Of a stretch of DNA of 64,000 bases, positions 11,467-25,692 are shown one piece after another. A model generated the notes under the pieces. The model ran no database searches and had not been told where the DNA came from. It was given only the letters and a program-made list of their open reading frames with translations. The position numbers and the translations under genes are program-made. Within the stretch, counting starts at the first letter, position 1. Each line of letters begins with the position of its first letter. Source of the DNA: Octopus vulgaris (Eukaryota); contig OX597817.1 of assembly GCA_951406725.2 (NCBI GenBank), positions 85,498,001-85,562,000 on the forward strand, written 5' to 3'.

Positions 11467-13897
11467 ATACCAATCAGGCCGACATACTAGCCAGATCGAC
11501 TACATCCTAGCCAGAAAAAGGGAAAGATGGCTGCTTATAAATGCCAAAACCTTTCCTGGCGAAGAATGTACCCCACAACATAGACTGGTAGTTAGTGACT
11601 TTAGGGTCAGGACTAAGAGGACGACCAGAAGACGACCAACATGGAGAAGAAGGATCTGGAAGCTTAAAGATCCTGCGAATGGACAGAGATTTAGAGATAT
11701 ATTACTTGAAGCCTTTGACGAAATAGAAGTGGGTATAGCTTCACATGGGGTAGAAGACAACTGGAGGTTTCTAAGGGACAACCTGCTGAGAGCCACTGAA
11801 CAGATCTGTGGTTGCTGCAAAGTCCCTTCTAGACCCAAAATAACGTGGTGGTGGAACAATGTTATTGACAGGGCTATTAGACAAAAGAAACAGGCTTGGA
11901 AGGACTGGAAGAAAGGTGGTAGCAGGGAAGTGTATCAGACTGCCAGAAGGGAAGCAGGGAGGCAAGTGTATTTAGCTAGAGGGGAAGCAGATAAGAAAAA
12001 ATTTGCCAATGTTCTGCGCTGTGAGGATGAAAGACTTGAGGTATTTCGTGTTGCAAGACAGTGTGTGAGAGAGAATCGTGATGTGGTAGGAGAGAAATGT
12101 GTTCGCATGGATGATGGTTCACTTGCGCTAAATGAGGATGCAAAGAGAGAGGTTTGGAGACGCCACTATGAAAGGTTGCTGAATAAAGAATATGAATGGG
12201 ATAAAGAGAGTCTGCCGAATGTCGACCCAACAGAGGGACCAGCTATCCGAGTTGACAGTTCCTTGGTAGTTAAGGCAACTAGAAGCATGAAGACAGGGAA
12301 AGCCCCAGGCCCATCAGGAATTACTGCAGTGATGCTCAAAATATCTGGTAGTGTTGGCTATAGCCTAGTCACCCGTATAGTTAACCAGGTGATACACGAA
12401 GGAGTCATTCCCAATGACTGGTGTAGCAGTACCATAGTCAACTGCTACAAAGGTAAAGGTGATGCCCTAGATACAAATAACTACAGGGGCATCAAGCTGC
12501 TGGATCAGGTGATGAAGGTTACGGAGAGGGTCATAGCCCAACTAATTAGAGAGAGAGTCAGTTTAGATGAGATGCAGTTTGGGTTCGTGCCAGGGAAAAG
12601 TACTACTGATGCTATATTCCTGGTAAGACAGCTGCAGGAGAAATACCTAGCCAAAGATAAGCCCCTGTACCTGGCTTTTGTTGACATGAAGAAAGCCTTC
12701 GACAGGGTCCCCCGATCCATTATCTGGTGGTCAATGAGGAAACTAGGGATAGATGAACGGTTAGTGAGAGCTGTGCGAGCCATGTACAGGGACACTGCTA
12801 GTAAGGTGAGGGTTGGCAACGAGTACAGTAAAGAATTCCGGGTAGAGGTAGGGGTCCACCAAGTTTCAGTCCTCAGTCCCCTCCTATTTATCATAGTCCT
12901 CCAGGCAATAATGGAGAAATTCAAGACAGGATGCCCCTGGGAGCTCCTCTATGCTGATGACCTTGCTCTAATTGCTGAGTCACTATCAGAACTGGAGAAG
13001 TTTCAGGTGTGGAAGCAAGGATTAGAATCGAAGGGCCTTAGAGTCAACCTAGCTAAAACCAAATTCCTAATAAGTAGGATGGTAGACAAATCACAAACGC
13101 CTTCAGGTAGATGGCCCTGCTCGATATGTAGAAAAGGCATAGGTAGAAACTCTATAAGGTGCACCAAGTTTAAGCTATGGACACATAAGAGCACTGTCAA
13201 AGGAAGGCTAACTAGGAAAATAGTTTTTGTATGTGGCAGATGCTCAGGAGCAATAAACACTGAAAATGTGCAGAAACCAACTTCCACCACATTCCAGGGA
13301 GAAAAACTAGAAATAGTTGATAGCTTCCATTACCTAGGTGACCAAGTCAGTAGCGGGGGTGGGTGTGCTGAAAGTGTAGCTGCTAGAGTAAGAATAGCCT
13401 GGGCAAAGTTCAGAGAGCTCTTACCCCTGCCGGTGATAAAAGGCCTCTCGCTCAGAGTAAAAGGCAGACTGTATGATGCATGTGTATGAACAGCCATGCT
13501 ACATGATAGTGAAACATGGGCTGTGACTGCTGTGGATATGCGTAAGCTCGCAAGAAATGAAGCCAGTATGCTCTGATGGATGTGTAATGCCAGTGTTCAT
13601 ACTCGAAAGAGTGTAAGTGCCTTGAGAGAAAAGTTGGACCTAAGAAGCATCAGTTGTGGTGTGCAAGAGAGACGTTTGCGCTGGTATGGTCATGTGACGA
13701 GAATGGCTGAAGATAGTTGTGTGAAAAAGTGCCACACCCTAGCGGTTGAGGGAACCTGTGGAAGAGGTAGACCCAGGAAAACCTGGGACGAGGTGGTGAA
13801 GCACGACTGCCGAACTTTAGGTCTCACTGAGGAAATGACTAGAGACCAAGATCTATGGAAGTATGCTGTGCGTGAGAAGACCCTGCAGGACAAGTGA
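11467..13897 (+). pseudogene. RTE endonuclease/reverse transcriptase ORF with two nonsense mutations and small in-frame deletions
   Basis: Stops at 13487-13489 and ~13574. Codons are missing in 'LSELEKFQ' and 'THKSTVK' relative to the family pattern and the copy at 5468-5599. Confidence 0.9.
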
Positions 13898-14041
13898 GAC
13901 CATAACCCATGGCCTCTACCTGGGATGTAGCCAGTCCACTTATGCATACCTTTCCTTTTTGGGACACAAAACTCGTGAAGACCTTTTGAGGCAAGTGGAA
14001 ATCAAAATCGATCAACATCAATGGAAATTGCAGCTGTGATA

Positions 14042-14131
14042 CCAGTGCCGGTAGCACGTAAGTGAACCATCCGAACGTGGCCGTTGCCAGCGCCGGTAGC
14101 ACGTAAGTGAACCATCCGAACGTGGCCGTTG
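14042..14131 (+). repeat. Two near-identical 45-bp tandem units in the RTE 3' UTR, with further degenerate units to ~14240
   Basis: ccag(t/c)gccggtagcacgtaagtgaaccatccgaacgtggccgttg x2. Confidence 0.9.
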
Positions 14132-14403
14132 CCAGCCTCGCATGGCCCCCGTGCCGGTGGCATGTAAAAAGCACCATCCAATCATGGCCGTTTGCCAGCC
14201 CCGTCTGGCACCTGTGCCGGTGGCACATAAAAAGCACCCACTACACTCACGGAGTGGTTGGCATTAGGAAGGGCATCCAGCCGTAGAAACATTGCCAGAT
14301 CAGACTGGGCCTGGTGTAGCCTTGTGGCTTCCCAGACCCCAGCTGAACCGTCCAACCCATGCTAGCATGGAAAGTGGACGCTAAATGATGATGATGATGA
14401 TGA

Positions 14404-14467
<64 letters not shown>

Positions 14468-14734
14468 TTTTATTTGTTTCAGTCATTTGACTGTACCCAT
14501 GCTGGAGCACTGTGTTAAAGGGTGTTAGTCAAAGAAATCGATCCCAGGACTTACTCTTTTGCTGATCTGCTAAGTTAAGGGAGACATAAACACACCAGTA
14601 TCAGTTGTCAAGCGATGATGGGACAAACACAGACTTGGGTGTGCCTCTAGGCTTCGTCAGAGAGTTTAGAAGAGGGTCTAAGAAGTTCAGAGGGCTAATT
14701 TATGTATATATAAATATACATATATACACTCTCT

Positions 14735-14772
<38 letters not shown>

Positions 14773-14954
14773 CACACACACACATATATGTATATGCATG
14801 TACACACATACAACAGACTCAGTTATTAGTAGGTATAGTACAATATTCTTATTAGAGAATGCATAAGAAGATAAATAAGAGCAGAATCAAAGTAAGCATT
14901 AGAGCTTGAGAGGAGTACAGTTTTGTAGAAATGAAAAGGTATAAGAAAAGAGAA

Positions 14955-15044
<90 letters not shown>

Positions 15045-15834
15045 ACACTCACACAGACACACACAGACACACACACACATGCATAGACACACTTATTTCA
15101 TGCATTAGGAAAGGTGGATTCCTGCAGTGGTTCGTATTTTCCTTGCATATAAATATATATATACATATAAACATACAGTATGTTTACAGTTGAGGGCTTG
15201 AGATTATGGTCCCCATTACGTGGAGTGAAAGTTTATATTAATAGTTATGATAGCAGTTGGTACTAAATTAAGTATAGCTCCAAGTAGTGACCAAGAAACT
15301 GCATTAGTTTTTGTTATTTTTTGGTTAACAAGTTGCTGAATCCCTGTGGGTTATGGTCAGTCCCGTAACCTAATTGGTCAGCTATTTTTTTGAAAGGCCA
15401 TGATGCTGTTATGGTTGGTTAGTGGTTAACAGATAACATAAAAACAATCTAGATAAAAATATATAAATGCATAAAAACATAAAAACAAATAAGCCATGGT
15501 TAACTACAGGCAGGTAGGAGAATAAAAATTAATTTTGAGATTTGACTGAATCAGATTAAATTAAATTAAATTAGATTAAATTAAGAATCATATAAGTAAA
15601 ATGTGAATGAATGGATGGATTAGTGAGTATGATAGGTTAGAGTGATATGGCTAAGGGGATGTGGTTTTACTATAGACTGCTTATGAAAAATAACTTATTG
15701 CAAAGGTATAAAACTGCATACAATAATTGTAATAAAAGTATGTATGTATGTATGTATGTATGTATGTATGTATGTGTGTGTGTGTGTATGTGTGTGTGTG
15801 TATGTATGTATGTGTGTATGTATGTGTGTGTGTA

Positions 15835-15899
<65 letters not shown>

Positions 15900-15916
15900 A
15901 TGCATGTATGTTTATG

Positions 15917-16585
15917 TCAGGTCACTTTCGAGTGCTACTAGTAACATGTAACCCAGTACAACCTGTTGCATGGTCGGGCCGTCGGCGACTAAACTGGCAA
16001 CCCCACCAAGCTTGCTTGGTGAGGAGGGTGTTTATTGGACACTCTGCGGGATGAAAAACAAAACCCGTCAAAGGGTGAAGGAACTCTTGAGAGTCAACGG
16101 CCATCCAATAAATGTGTTTTGTTTTTCTTCTTCTTAAGGCTTAAAGTTGTCTCATGCGCGGGGACATAGAAATAATCGGACTGAATACCCGATCGCATGG
16201 TTAAGCCATTGGGAGTGAAGGACTCCTAGCCTTTGTTAGGGCATCCTTCTAGGGGAAGGTAACTCAGGTAACTGGGATAACTCCGACATAAAACCTGCGG
16301 CTCAGTGGTTACGAATGATGTTGACTTGTTCTTCTTTTCAGATTATGGCTGCTTAGTGAGTGGGATTGACTCAGTGCACAGCCTTTCCTCACTTTAAAAA
16401 AAGTCTTCTTGCACAGGCATTGCACGATAACAACATTGTTTATGATTGTTGATAATGCTGTGAGTCTCAAGTGAATGGCTGGCTGTAGCCTTAAAAAGCA
16501 AATAAAAGTCACATTCAATCACAGCACCAACAACAGTTAAGCTTCGTGCAATGGCCATACTCAATAACGAGGGGGCAGCCATCAT
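15917..16585. mobile_element. GC/CpG-rich non-coding insert in (TATG)n, probably a non-autonomous non-LTR derivative
   Basis: Sharp composition change with (TATG)n on both sides. It contains gggcatccttctaggggaaggtaactc, reminiscent of RTE 5' UTRs. No credible ORF. Confidence 0.5.
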
Positions 16586-17419
16586 GTATGTATGTAATGA
16601 CCTGCCTGCCTAGCCAGTTGGGTGGCATTATTCAAAAGTTACAACAATGCTAGGAAACACATTATGACCAGCACTGAAATTTTTTACACCTTTATCAGTT
16701 TCATGCATTAGACTACAGTCATGCTGGTGCAGGTTTCTACACAGTCTCCATATTGCAAATTCACTCACAAACCATTGCTCAGCTTGAAGCCTTAGAAGGC
16801 AACACTGGTTCAATTTTCCACACAGTGGGGCTGAACCTGAAATCACATGGTTACAAAATAAACTTTCAAACTATGCTAGTCAATGCCAAACAGTGTAGTC
16901 TTTCTGATTTGGTGGATGACTATTTCTTTGATGTGGTTTGGATTGTTTGTGTATGAATATGGTGAAGTTTTGTGAATATGGTAATGTTTTGTTACTCTAG
17001 ATGTGTGAGTATTAGTTTAGCGTACAGCATGTTTCCAGTCCATAGTTAGAACCAAAATATTTTTTGACACTGATGAGAAAAATCAGCCTGTTCATTGTGA
17101 TCTTCACCTTACAAAAGATGTGTGATCTCCATGAAAGACTAAATGACTAATGGAAATAATTAGATCTAGCCACTGAAGTTTGATAGCGTCTGCTGTATAC
17201 TGTTCATAAACAAAGACATCGTAGTGTGTATTTGTTTGTTTATTCCTTTATTCTTTTATTTGTTTCAGTCATTTGACTGTGGCCATGCTGGAGCATCGCA
17301 TTTAGTTGAGCAAATTGACCCCAGGGTTTATTCTTTGTAAGCCTAGTACTTATTCTATCGTCTTTTGCCAAACCGCATCAGTTGTCAAGCAATAGTGGGG
17401 GACAAACATAGGCACACAA

Positions 17420-17490
<71 letters not shown>

Positions 17491-18652
17491 CAGTGGGCTT
17501 CTTTCAGTTTCCATCTGCTAAATCCACTCACAAGGCTTTGGTTGGCCCAAGGCTGTAGAAGAAGATACTTGCCCAAGGTGCCATGCAGTGGGACTAAACC
17601 TGGAACCATGTGGTTGGTAAGCCACTCCCTGTGCCTGAAGGGGCCAGTCGATTAGATCAATCTCAGTATGCAACTGGTACTTAATTTATCAACCCCAAAA
17701 AGATGAAAGGCAAAGTCAACCTCGGTGGAATTTGAACTCAGAACGTAAAGACAGACGAAATACCACTAAGCATTTTGCCCAGCATGCTAATGATTCTGCC
17801 AGCTTGCTGCCTGTTTGTTATTCTTTTGCTTGTTCTTTTTTATTTAACTTACATACTTTGATGTTAATGAATTAAAATAATTTGTGAAATCTGTATTACA
17901 TGACTTAACTTTATAGACTGTTGCATTTATCTACACAATACTACAACTACAGAAGTTTACTTTATTTATATGGGAATTCGGTAGAGTATTGGTTGTAGTT
18001 TGATATGCTGAAAAACTATTGTTTCATTAGGTAGTTACCTTTAGTCAAAAACCTAATGGTAGCTTTGAGAGGCCAGTATGAAATTGGCAGAAGTTTATCA
18101 AATATTCGGTTTGCATGACCTGTGCTAGACAATGTTATTAGATTACTAAGTGTAAGAAATGTAAGAAGCATGAACTTAGCCAACCTTTGTATAAAGATAC
18201 AATAAGATTTGAAACTGAGTTTAGAGATAAGAATAAGATTTTGAATATTTGGGTATTTAATATGTTAGCCAAAAATATATTTAGTGGAAAAAATATCAAA
18301 TAGTTCTTGAAAACTGTCATTGGTAATAGTAACAGCTTTGGCAGGAACTACAAGAGAATGAGAAAACCAAGAAGCTGTGTGTGGGTGTTAAAGTCATCAA
18401 GAGTGAGAACTTCAAAAGAATTTTAATTAAATTGATATCCTTAACATGGAATGAGAGGTTGTCATACAACTTTCTGATAACTGAATCAGTTTGGAGATTC
18501 AGGAAAAAATAGCATTGATTTCAGGAGTTAAGGACATTTGGTTTTCAACCAGACCCACTTGAAGTTTTCCATGCTAATGCCCAAATGTAAGAGATATTTG
18601 GCAAGGAAGGTAGATTCCTTGCATGGAAATATTTTTGAAGATATTAAGGAAA

Positions 18653-18710
<58 letters not shown>

Positions 18711-18809
18711 ACGTGTGCACACACTTCTTTCTCAGTAAACTTGTTCTTACTGACTTTGAAAACAAAGCGGTGTGAAAATGTTGTCATTAATTTGAAGAAT
18801 ATAGAAGAA

Positions 18810-19600
18810 AAGGGTCTTCCAAACATTGACCCAACAAAGGGACCAGCCATTCAAGTTCACAATAGTATGAATGTATGATAGATAAAACAAATAAGGAACA
18901 TTCCTGGTTCATCAGGAATTACTCCTGAGGTATTTTATTTATCTAACAAAGTTGGGTAGAGGTTAGGCACCAACATTGTCAATCAGGTTACACAGTAAGA
19001 TGTCATACTCAACTATTGAAGTAACATCATCATTACCTGCTTGTACAAGGGCAAAGTTGATGTTTTAGACAGAAGTAATTACAGAAGTATTAAAGTGCTG
19101 GATCTGTTATGAAAATTACAGAAAGAGATATAGCTCAATTGATTAGGAAGGGAGTTAGTCTAGATGAGATGCAGTTTGATTATGTGCCAGGAAGAGATAC
19201 CACTAATACACTCTTCCTAGTGAGGCAACTGCAAACTTTGAATGTGGTAGATGCACAGGGGTAATAAACATTATGAGCACAATGAAAATAGATTTTCTTA
19301 AGTGCTCAGAAGGTTCCTTGGAAGTAGTTGATAGCTTCTTTTGCCTTGATGGCCTAATTAGCAGTGGGGGTGGCTGTTTCGAAAATATAGATGCCAGAGT
19401 AAAAACAGATTAGAGAAAGTTCAAGGAGTCATTACTTTTGTTGACAATAAAAGATTTCTCTCTCAGAGTGGAAGGCAGGCTATATTATATTTGTGTACGA
19501 ACAGCAATGCTACATGTTGCAGCATGAACCGTGAATATAGATGGCCTACAAAGACTGGAAAGAAATGCAACAAGCACGTTCCACTGGATGCGTGTGAATG
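18810..19600 (+). mobile_element. Old RTE fragment (RT region, internally deleted)
   Basis: LPNIDPTKGPAIQV, NYRSIKVLD and LDEMQFDYVPG-like remnants are colinear with the main RTE. Confidence 0.8.
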
Positions 19601-22600
19601 ATGGTATGAATAATGTTGAAGCATCAAAATAATATCTGATGTCAAATGCTCGAACATGTTACCTTGTGTGAACAAACGTATCATAGAGTAGTGAAGATTT
19701 CCTGTTCCTACAGGATACACTGCAACTTTACATGATAGTGTCATGAAGAAATGCACCTATATACTCTGTAAAGTGCTTAGCAAATTAATAAAGACAATGT
19801 AAAGTCCAGAGAATCCTTGAATCTTATCAAGGAGATTCCAACCTTTCTACTGCTGGTGTCATGATAGAATGTACACTGTATATTCTGTAAAGGGTTTAGT
19901 GACAGCCAGGGTATCCAGTTGTTGAAACCAAGCCAAAATTGAAATGTCTGAGTAAGGCATTGACATCCAACCCACCTAAGAGGGCAGTAACTTCAAACAA
20001 GACTTGACTTAGGTTATGATAACCAATCAGTCTTATGCCAGCAGAAAAAGTGGACATTAAATGGTAGTAGTGTCCACAACAGTGGCAGCAGTAGTTCTAA
20101 CAATGATGATAACAACATGCATTCATATTGGCACTCCATCAGTTATGGCAATGAGAGTTCCAGTTGATCCAATCAATAGAACAGCCTGCTTGTAAAATCA
20201 ATGTGCACACATGTATAACCTTAATATAGTTCTCAGGGAGATTCAGTGTGACACACAACGTGACAAGGCTGGATCTTTGAATTACAGGTACAACCCATTT
20301 TTGCCAGCTGAATGAACTGGAGCAATGTAAAATAAAGCATTTTGCTCAAGGACACAATGTATCGAACTCATGACTTTACAATCATGAGCTAAATACCCTA
20401 ACCCTTAAGCCATGCACCTTCACATACATACATACCACAATGTACTTTATAAGAAGTCACTGACCACAGATACCTTTCTAATAATCTTATCCTTTGGGAG
20501 TCACTTGTTAGGAGCTTGTGCAGATTAGAACAAAATTAAGTACCAGCTGTATCTCACATTTCAAAGACTTACAATATAAAACTATAAGTCTTGAATGGAA
20601 AGCTTTGTCTTCTTCCTCTTGCATCCTTGGATAATCACTAATATATCTGGAATGGTGTTACCAATGAAAAAAAGTTACAATCAGAAAGATATTCATTAAA
20701 AGTATGATTTGGGTTTTTTTTTATTTTGCTTTATTTTTTTTTGTCTGAGATAAATGCTTCCAATAGTGTCAACTCTGCTGAAAGCATCCTATGGTCAGAA
20801 GAGAGGGTTTTTTTTATTACTGAGCAACATCTTAGGCATTTTTCAGCACAAAATGTAATATATCAATTTGCTTCACTGAAATATTGATACCATTTGACAT
20901 AAAGTTTATATGAATAGTCACTCGATGTTATTTAATTTAGAAAATCTGATATTTGAAATCTAGCTGTTTTATTAATACTTATTCTCACAGATTTGAAAAC
21001 CAGAACAGGAATGAAGATTTTAGACTTAATAAATGAGTTGTTTTTCTATGAATTGCTGCAAAAGATAAAACTAAATTCAAAATTATTTTATTCTATTTTA
21101 TATGATCTTTTTCATTTGATGTTTTTATAAGGTTTCTATTTTAGATTCCTAAACCAATATTTAACTATAATATTGCAATATTATTATGATAGAAATTATC
21201 TCAAAAGAATTTTTCTTTTTTTATCATATTGACTTTGCTTGATATTTTAAAGAAATTACCTTCCAATAGAAATTATTTGAGAAATATATAAAAAGCTTAC
21301 AAAATCTTTGAAATAGCATTTAAGATATTTCCCTGAAGGTATTGGACTGAATAGTTGTTTTTTCTTCTTTTCTTTTTTAATTTTATTTTCCTTTTCCCTG
21401 TCAATTTATAAGTGAAATTTGTTTTATGGCATTTTCTTTTTTATTTCCCAGTTATAATCATTGTTAATTTAGCATTTTCAAAGCATTCATTTGGGGAAAC
21501 AAAGTGTGAATATATGTGTTTAAATTGTCAAATGTTTATATTCAATAATGTTTATGCCATTGGTAAACAGTTGATAAGCATCAGAGTATTACATTTATAA
21601 AAAAAATTCCAATGTGAATTTTTTTTAAATATTTTTGAAAGAAAATATTAGACTAATTACATCTGCATTCATTTTTTATTGTACAATATTTTGACTGAAG
21701 GCTTGCCTCTATTCTTCATATATATGTCATCTTTGCTTCTCCTATAACTAATTCATCATGCTAACAAGACTATGTCTTTATCCATTAGACTACAAACATC
21801 CATGACTAAAATGACATTTATCTATGAACAAAAATGTAAAAGTGAGGAGGTAGCTGTCAAAATGTACATTTAAATAATGAATAGATAAAAATCATTTTAA
21901 AATGTTCTCAATATTTTTATATTATATTAGAAGGTAAAAACAAAAGTATTTCATACTGCACTGTTTTGAAACAAGCTAACCGTTTACTTGGAAATATTCT
22001 AAAGAATGAAGAGATGAGATTCTAGCCAAAACAATCCATTAGACTGATAATATACATTGCAAGCTCCTCTCAAGACAGTAAAGAAAATGAGGCAGGTTGA
22101 GCTGTGAATCAATTGCTTACCAACCAATCTCATTACCAAATACACTACAGAGATCTGGCCATGAACTCCTTTTCCCTACCTTTTCTTTCTGCATCACCAA
22201 TCCCCTTTTTTAATATAGAATATTAATAGTTTTACACCCATATGTGCCTGGAAGTATATATATGGTCTATATAATTCCAAGTTTATTAACACAGGCATAT
22301 CTCCTTTACCTCTTCTATGAATATATGTATTTTTTCCTGCTAGTTAGTCTCTACAACCTTTCTCTCCCCACTTCACTCATGGCATCATTTTCTTTCCTTA
22401 TGATACTTCTTCACTATGTGTATCATCATCATCATCATCATTTAATGTCCATTTTCCAATGTGGCATAGGTTGGACTGTTCAACAAGAACTGATGAATCT
22501 GAGGATTGCATTGCTCTCCACTGTTTGCTTTGGTGTGGTTTTAATGGCTTGATACTCTTCCTAATGTCAACCACTTTAGAGATTGTACAGGGTGCTTTTT

Positions 22601-25207
22601 CTCATAGCACCAGCACTAGAGAGTTCAGAAGACTAAGGAGCCCTTTCACTGAGTGACAGCATAGTAGTGAGGGAAATGACTTTATGCTAGGTTTTTGAGA
22701 GGTTAACGTATGAGAAAGGGACAGTGACAGGTTTGTTGCTATAGAAGAAATACATGGCTATTCTGCATTATATAAGGTTGACATTATATAAGGGTAACTG
22801 GAAAGAGAAATCAAAATGATGGTGACAAGGTATGAGAGTGTACCCACAAAGTATAAAAAGGTGAATAGAAAAGGGCTTGGAAGAATGGGAAAGCAAATGT
22901 TGCAAGAAGGGTGGCAGGAAGTCAGATAAGAGATGGTCAGAGATGGGGTTGGGATGAATGTAGTGAATGGTGAATAATGGTGAGGGGGAAGAGAGAGAAA
23001 GAAAGACAAATAGTGATGAAGGAGGTCACAAATACATAGGAGTAAATGTAGTGAGTGGTAAAGGCTGGGTAGGTCAATGACTGTTATGAAATGCTGTTAA
23101 GAATGAGGTTGAATGTCAACAGGGTGTAGTTCAAGGAAGATGGAGGGATAACTTGTAACACAGAAAGGATGATTAATGGAAAATAAGAAAGGGAAGAGAT
23201 GATGTTAAGAATGAAGGATGGGTGTCAAAAGTAAGTGGTCCCAAGGAGAGGGAGAGACAACTGGTGTCATGTGCAGACATGAATATATATAGATGCATAT
23301 ATTTATTTCTTTATTGCCCACAGGGAGCTAAACATAGAGGGGACAAACAAAGACAGACAATGGGATTAAGTTGATTATATCGACCTCCAGTGCATAACTG
23401 GTACTTATTTAATCAACCCCGAGAGGATGAAAGGCAAAGTCGACTTTGGCAGAATTTGAACACAGAACATAACGACAGACAAAATACCACTAAGCATTTC
23501 ACCTGGCATGCTAGCAATTCTGCCAGCTCGCCACTCTATTGCTAAATAATTCTGCATTGTATCTTCTTTTTAATTCTTTGACATACTTAGTAAATTCTCT
23601 TTTTCTTCCTCTCATTCCGCTTTGCCACACATTTCTTCAGCAACCTTATTTGTAGTCATCTCAAACACTTCTTTTTGTTTTTGTCTTCAATTTTATTCAT
23701 TTCACAAAGGGCTCCTGCCCAAAGCATTAGAATTCTCTCTTTCCCATGCCACATAAATTTATTCCATTTTATAAACTACCTTGAGGTGGTAGAAGATTCA
23801 AATTTGATAAATTTGTTATATAGTTCAAAATTGCATTTATAATATGAAAGTAATACTTCTGTACCACAGAGTTTATAACAGAAAATGATTAATAAATTGT
23901 AATGAGTTTGGATAACATAATATGACCATAATATGAAAAAAAATGAGCATAAATACAAAATATTCTTGCATGTTCTCTTTCGCTGAGTCTTTGCCCATGG
24001 TAAATCAGTTTGTAAGAAAATGTCATTTGCATGCTTTTTATATTGATATTTTCCAAGCATTTGAAGAATTAATGTACAAAGTACATTACTAAATCAGCTA
24101 AACACAGCTGGAAGGAAGTGTTGTTGACTTCTGCAAGCTAAATATTTGTCAGATTTGGCCTTGATGCTGTATAAAGTTGAATTGTAAGTTACAAAGGCCC
24201 TGATGTTGTATAAACTTGAACAGTAAACTACAAAGTTATTCTGAGTACCAGTATAACTAAACGCTACTTAATTGTCATGAATAACAACTTGAATCAATGG
24301 TAATTCTCTTCCAGAACTGAGTTATGTTAAAAATATTTTATTGCTCCATTAGTTTACTGATGTTACTCAAGATAAGATACAAATGGTAAAAGGTTTATAG
24401 ATAAGAAGGATTATAGGATTAAAGTGTCTCACAAAAGAAAATTTCGTTTTCAAAAACCACCATGAAATAAAACACTCTTAATTCTCATAGCATAAATAAT
24501 TGTGCTGCTTCTATTATTATTATTATTATTATTATCATTATTGTTGTTGTTGTCATTGTTGTTAGCATTATTGGTGGTGGTGGTGGCGGTGGCAGCAGTG
24601 GCTGTGGTGGTGGTAGTGATGGTCTCTGTCACTGTCTGACTAAACAGTATGTTTTAACAGACTAAACAGTTTGTTCAACAATGCAGCTATTTCCCATGAA
24701 AGACAAAGAGATATTACATCTCATCCTTCCCTAAGTTGATGATTAAATTAAGTGGACCTAACATGCTAATCTAGTCAATGTAAAAATACCGAAAGCCATG
24801 TTTGTTAATAAAACTCCTTCCTGTAGATACATTATTAAATCTGTATTTTCTCTTTTGTGCAGCAAGATCTCAATGATAAGATTTAGCTTACAGGAGAATG
24901 CAAGTTAAATCTGCACTAATCACACAGAAAACTCCAAAAATAGTAATAAGGACAGAGGAAATATTATAACAATAAAAAGACTGAACCACTATTGATGAAA
25001 TCAGGCACTCCAAACAGATTTCTTTATTGATGGCTTCATACAGTGTAAATTACCAAAAATCTTTGCTGGAATGTTTGTTAAGGCTAGTTCTGTTAATGAA
25101 CTTTTAAACAGCTAGGCAGACTAGAAAGAGATATATATGAAGTACTGAAACAAACTTTTCCCAAAATATAGAATGAGGTTGGCACAAATTAAAACATGAG
25201 CTTTTTT

Positions 25208-25418
25208 TTCTATTATTTGTTTCAGTCATTTGACTGTGGCCATGCTGGAGCACTGCCTTTAGTCAAGCAAATCGACCCCAGGACTTATTCTTTGTAAGCC
25301 TAGTACTTATTCTATCTGTCTCTTTTGCTGAACTGCTAAGTTACGGGTACGTAAACACACCAGCATCGGTTGTCAAGCGATGTTGGGGGGACAAATACAG
25401 ACACACAAACACACAGAC

Positions 25419-25449
<31 letters not shown>

Positions 25450-25613
25450 TGATGGGGTTCTTTCAGTTTCCGTCTACCAAATCTACTCACAAGGCTTTGG
25501 TCGGCCCGAGGCTATAGTAGAAGACACTTGCCCAAGGTGCCACACAGTGGGACTGAACCCGGAACCATGTGGTTGGTAAGCAAGCTACTTACCACACAGC
25601 TACTCCTGCGCCT
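25208..25613 (-). mobile_element. SINE family A, full-length copy
   Basis: Colinear with 53127-53543. Confidence 0.85.
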
Positions 25614-25692
25614 GTAGACTATGTTTGAAAGAAAAAGTATTAAAAAAGTTACAGTACAATTATATGTGATAATTAATTTTGAAATATATGTT

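Larger units (their letters stand above)
11467..14407 (+). mobile_element. RTE-clade LINE, 5'-truncated within the APE endonuclease; near-intact RT, 3' UTR and (GAT)n tail
   Basis: ORF 11402-13489 contains the APE end (SQIDYIL...PQHRLVVSDF) and RT motifs KAPGPSG, YRGIKLL, QFGFVPG, FVDMKKAFDRV, LSPLLF, YADD (12950) and FHYLG. The frame continues past two TGA stops (CGA at the matching positions of the 5.8 kb copy) to RRLRWYGHV/RGRPRKTW and ends at 13897. A 3' hairpin (CCATGCTAGCATGG) and GAT tail follow. Confidence 0.95.

Noticed and set aside
14042-14240. Regularly spaced repeats superficially like a CRISPR array (also 51881-52035)
   Set aside because: Head-to-tail tandem units without unique spacers, inside LINE 3' UTRs of a eukaryote, with no cas genes.
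24157-24234. Two 39-bp tandem units (also a 25-bp duplication at 47315-47370)
   Set aside because: Ordinary slippage-type duplications with no further structure.
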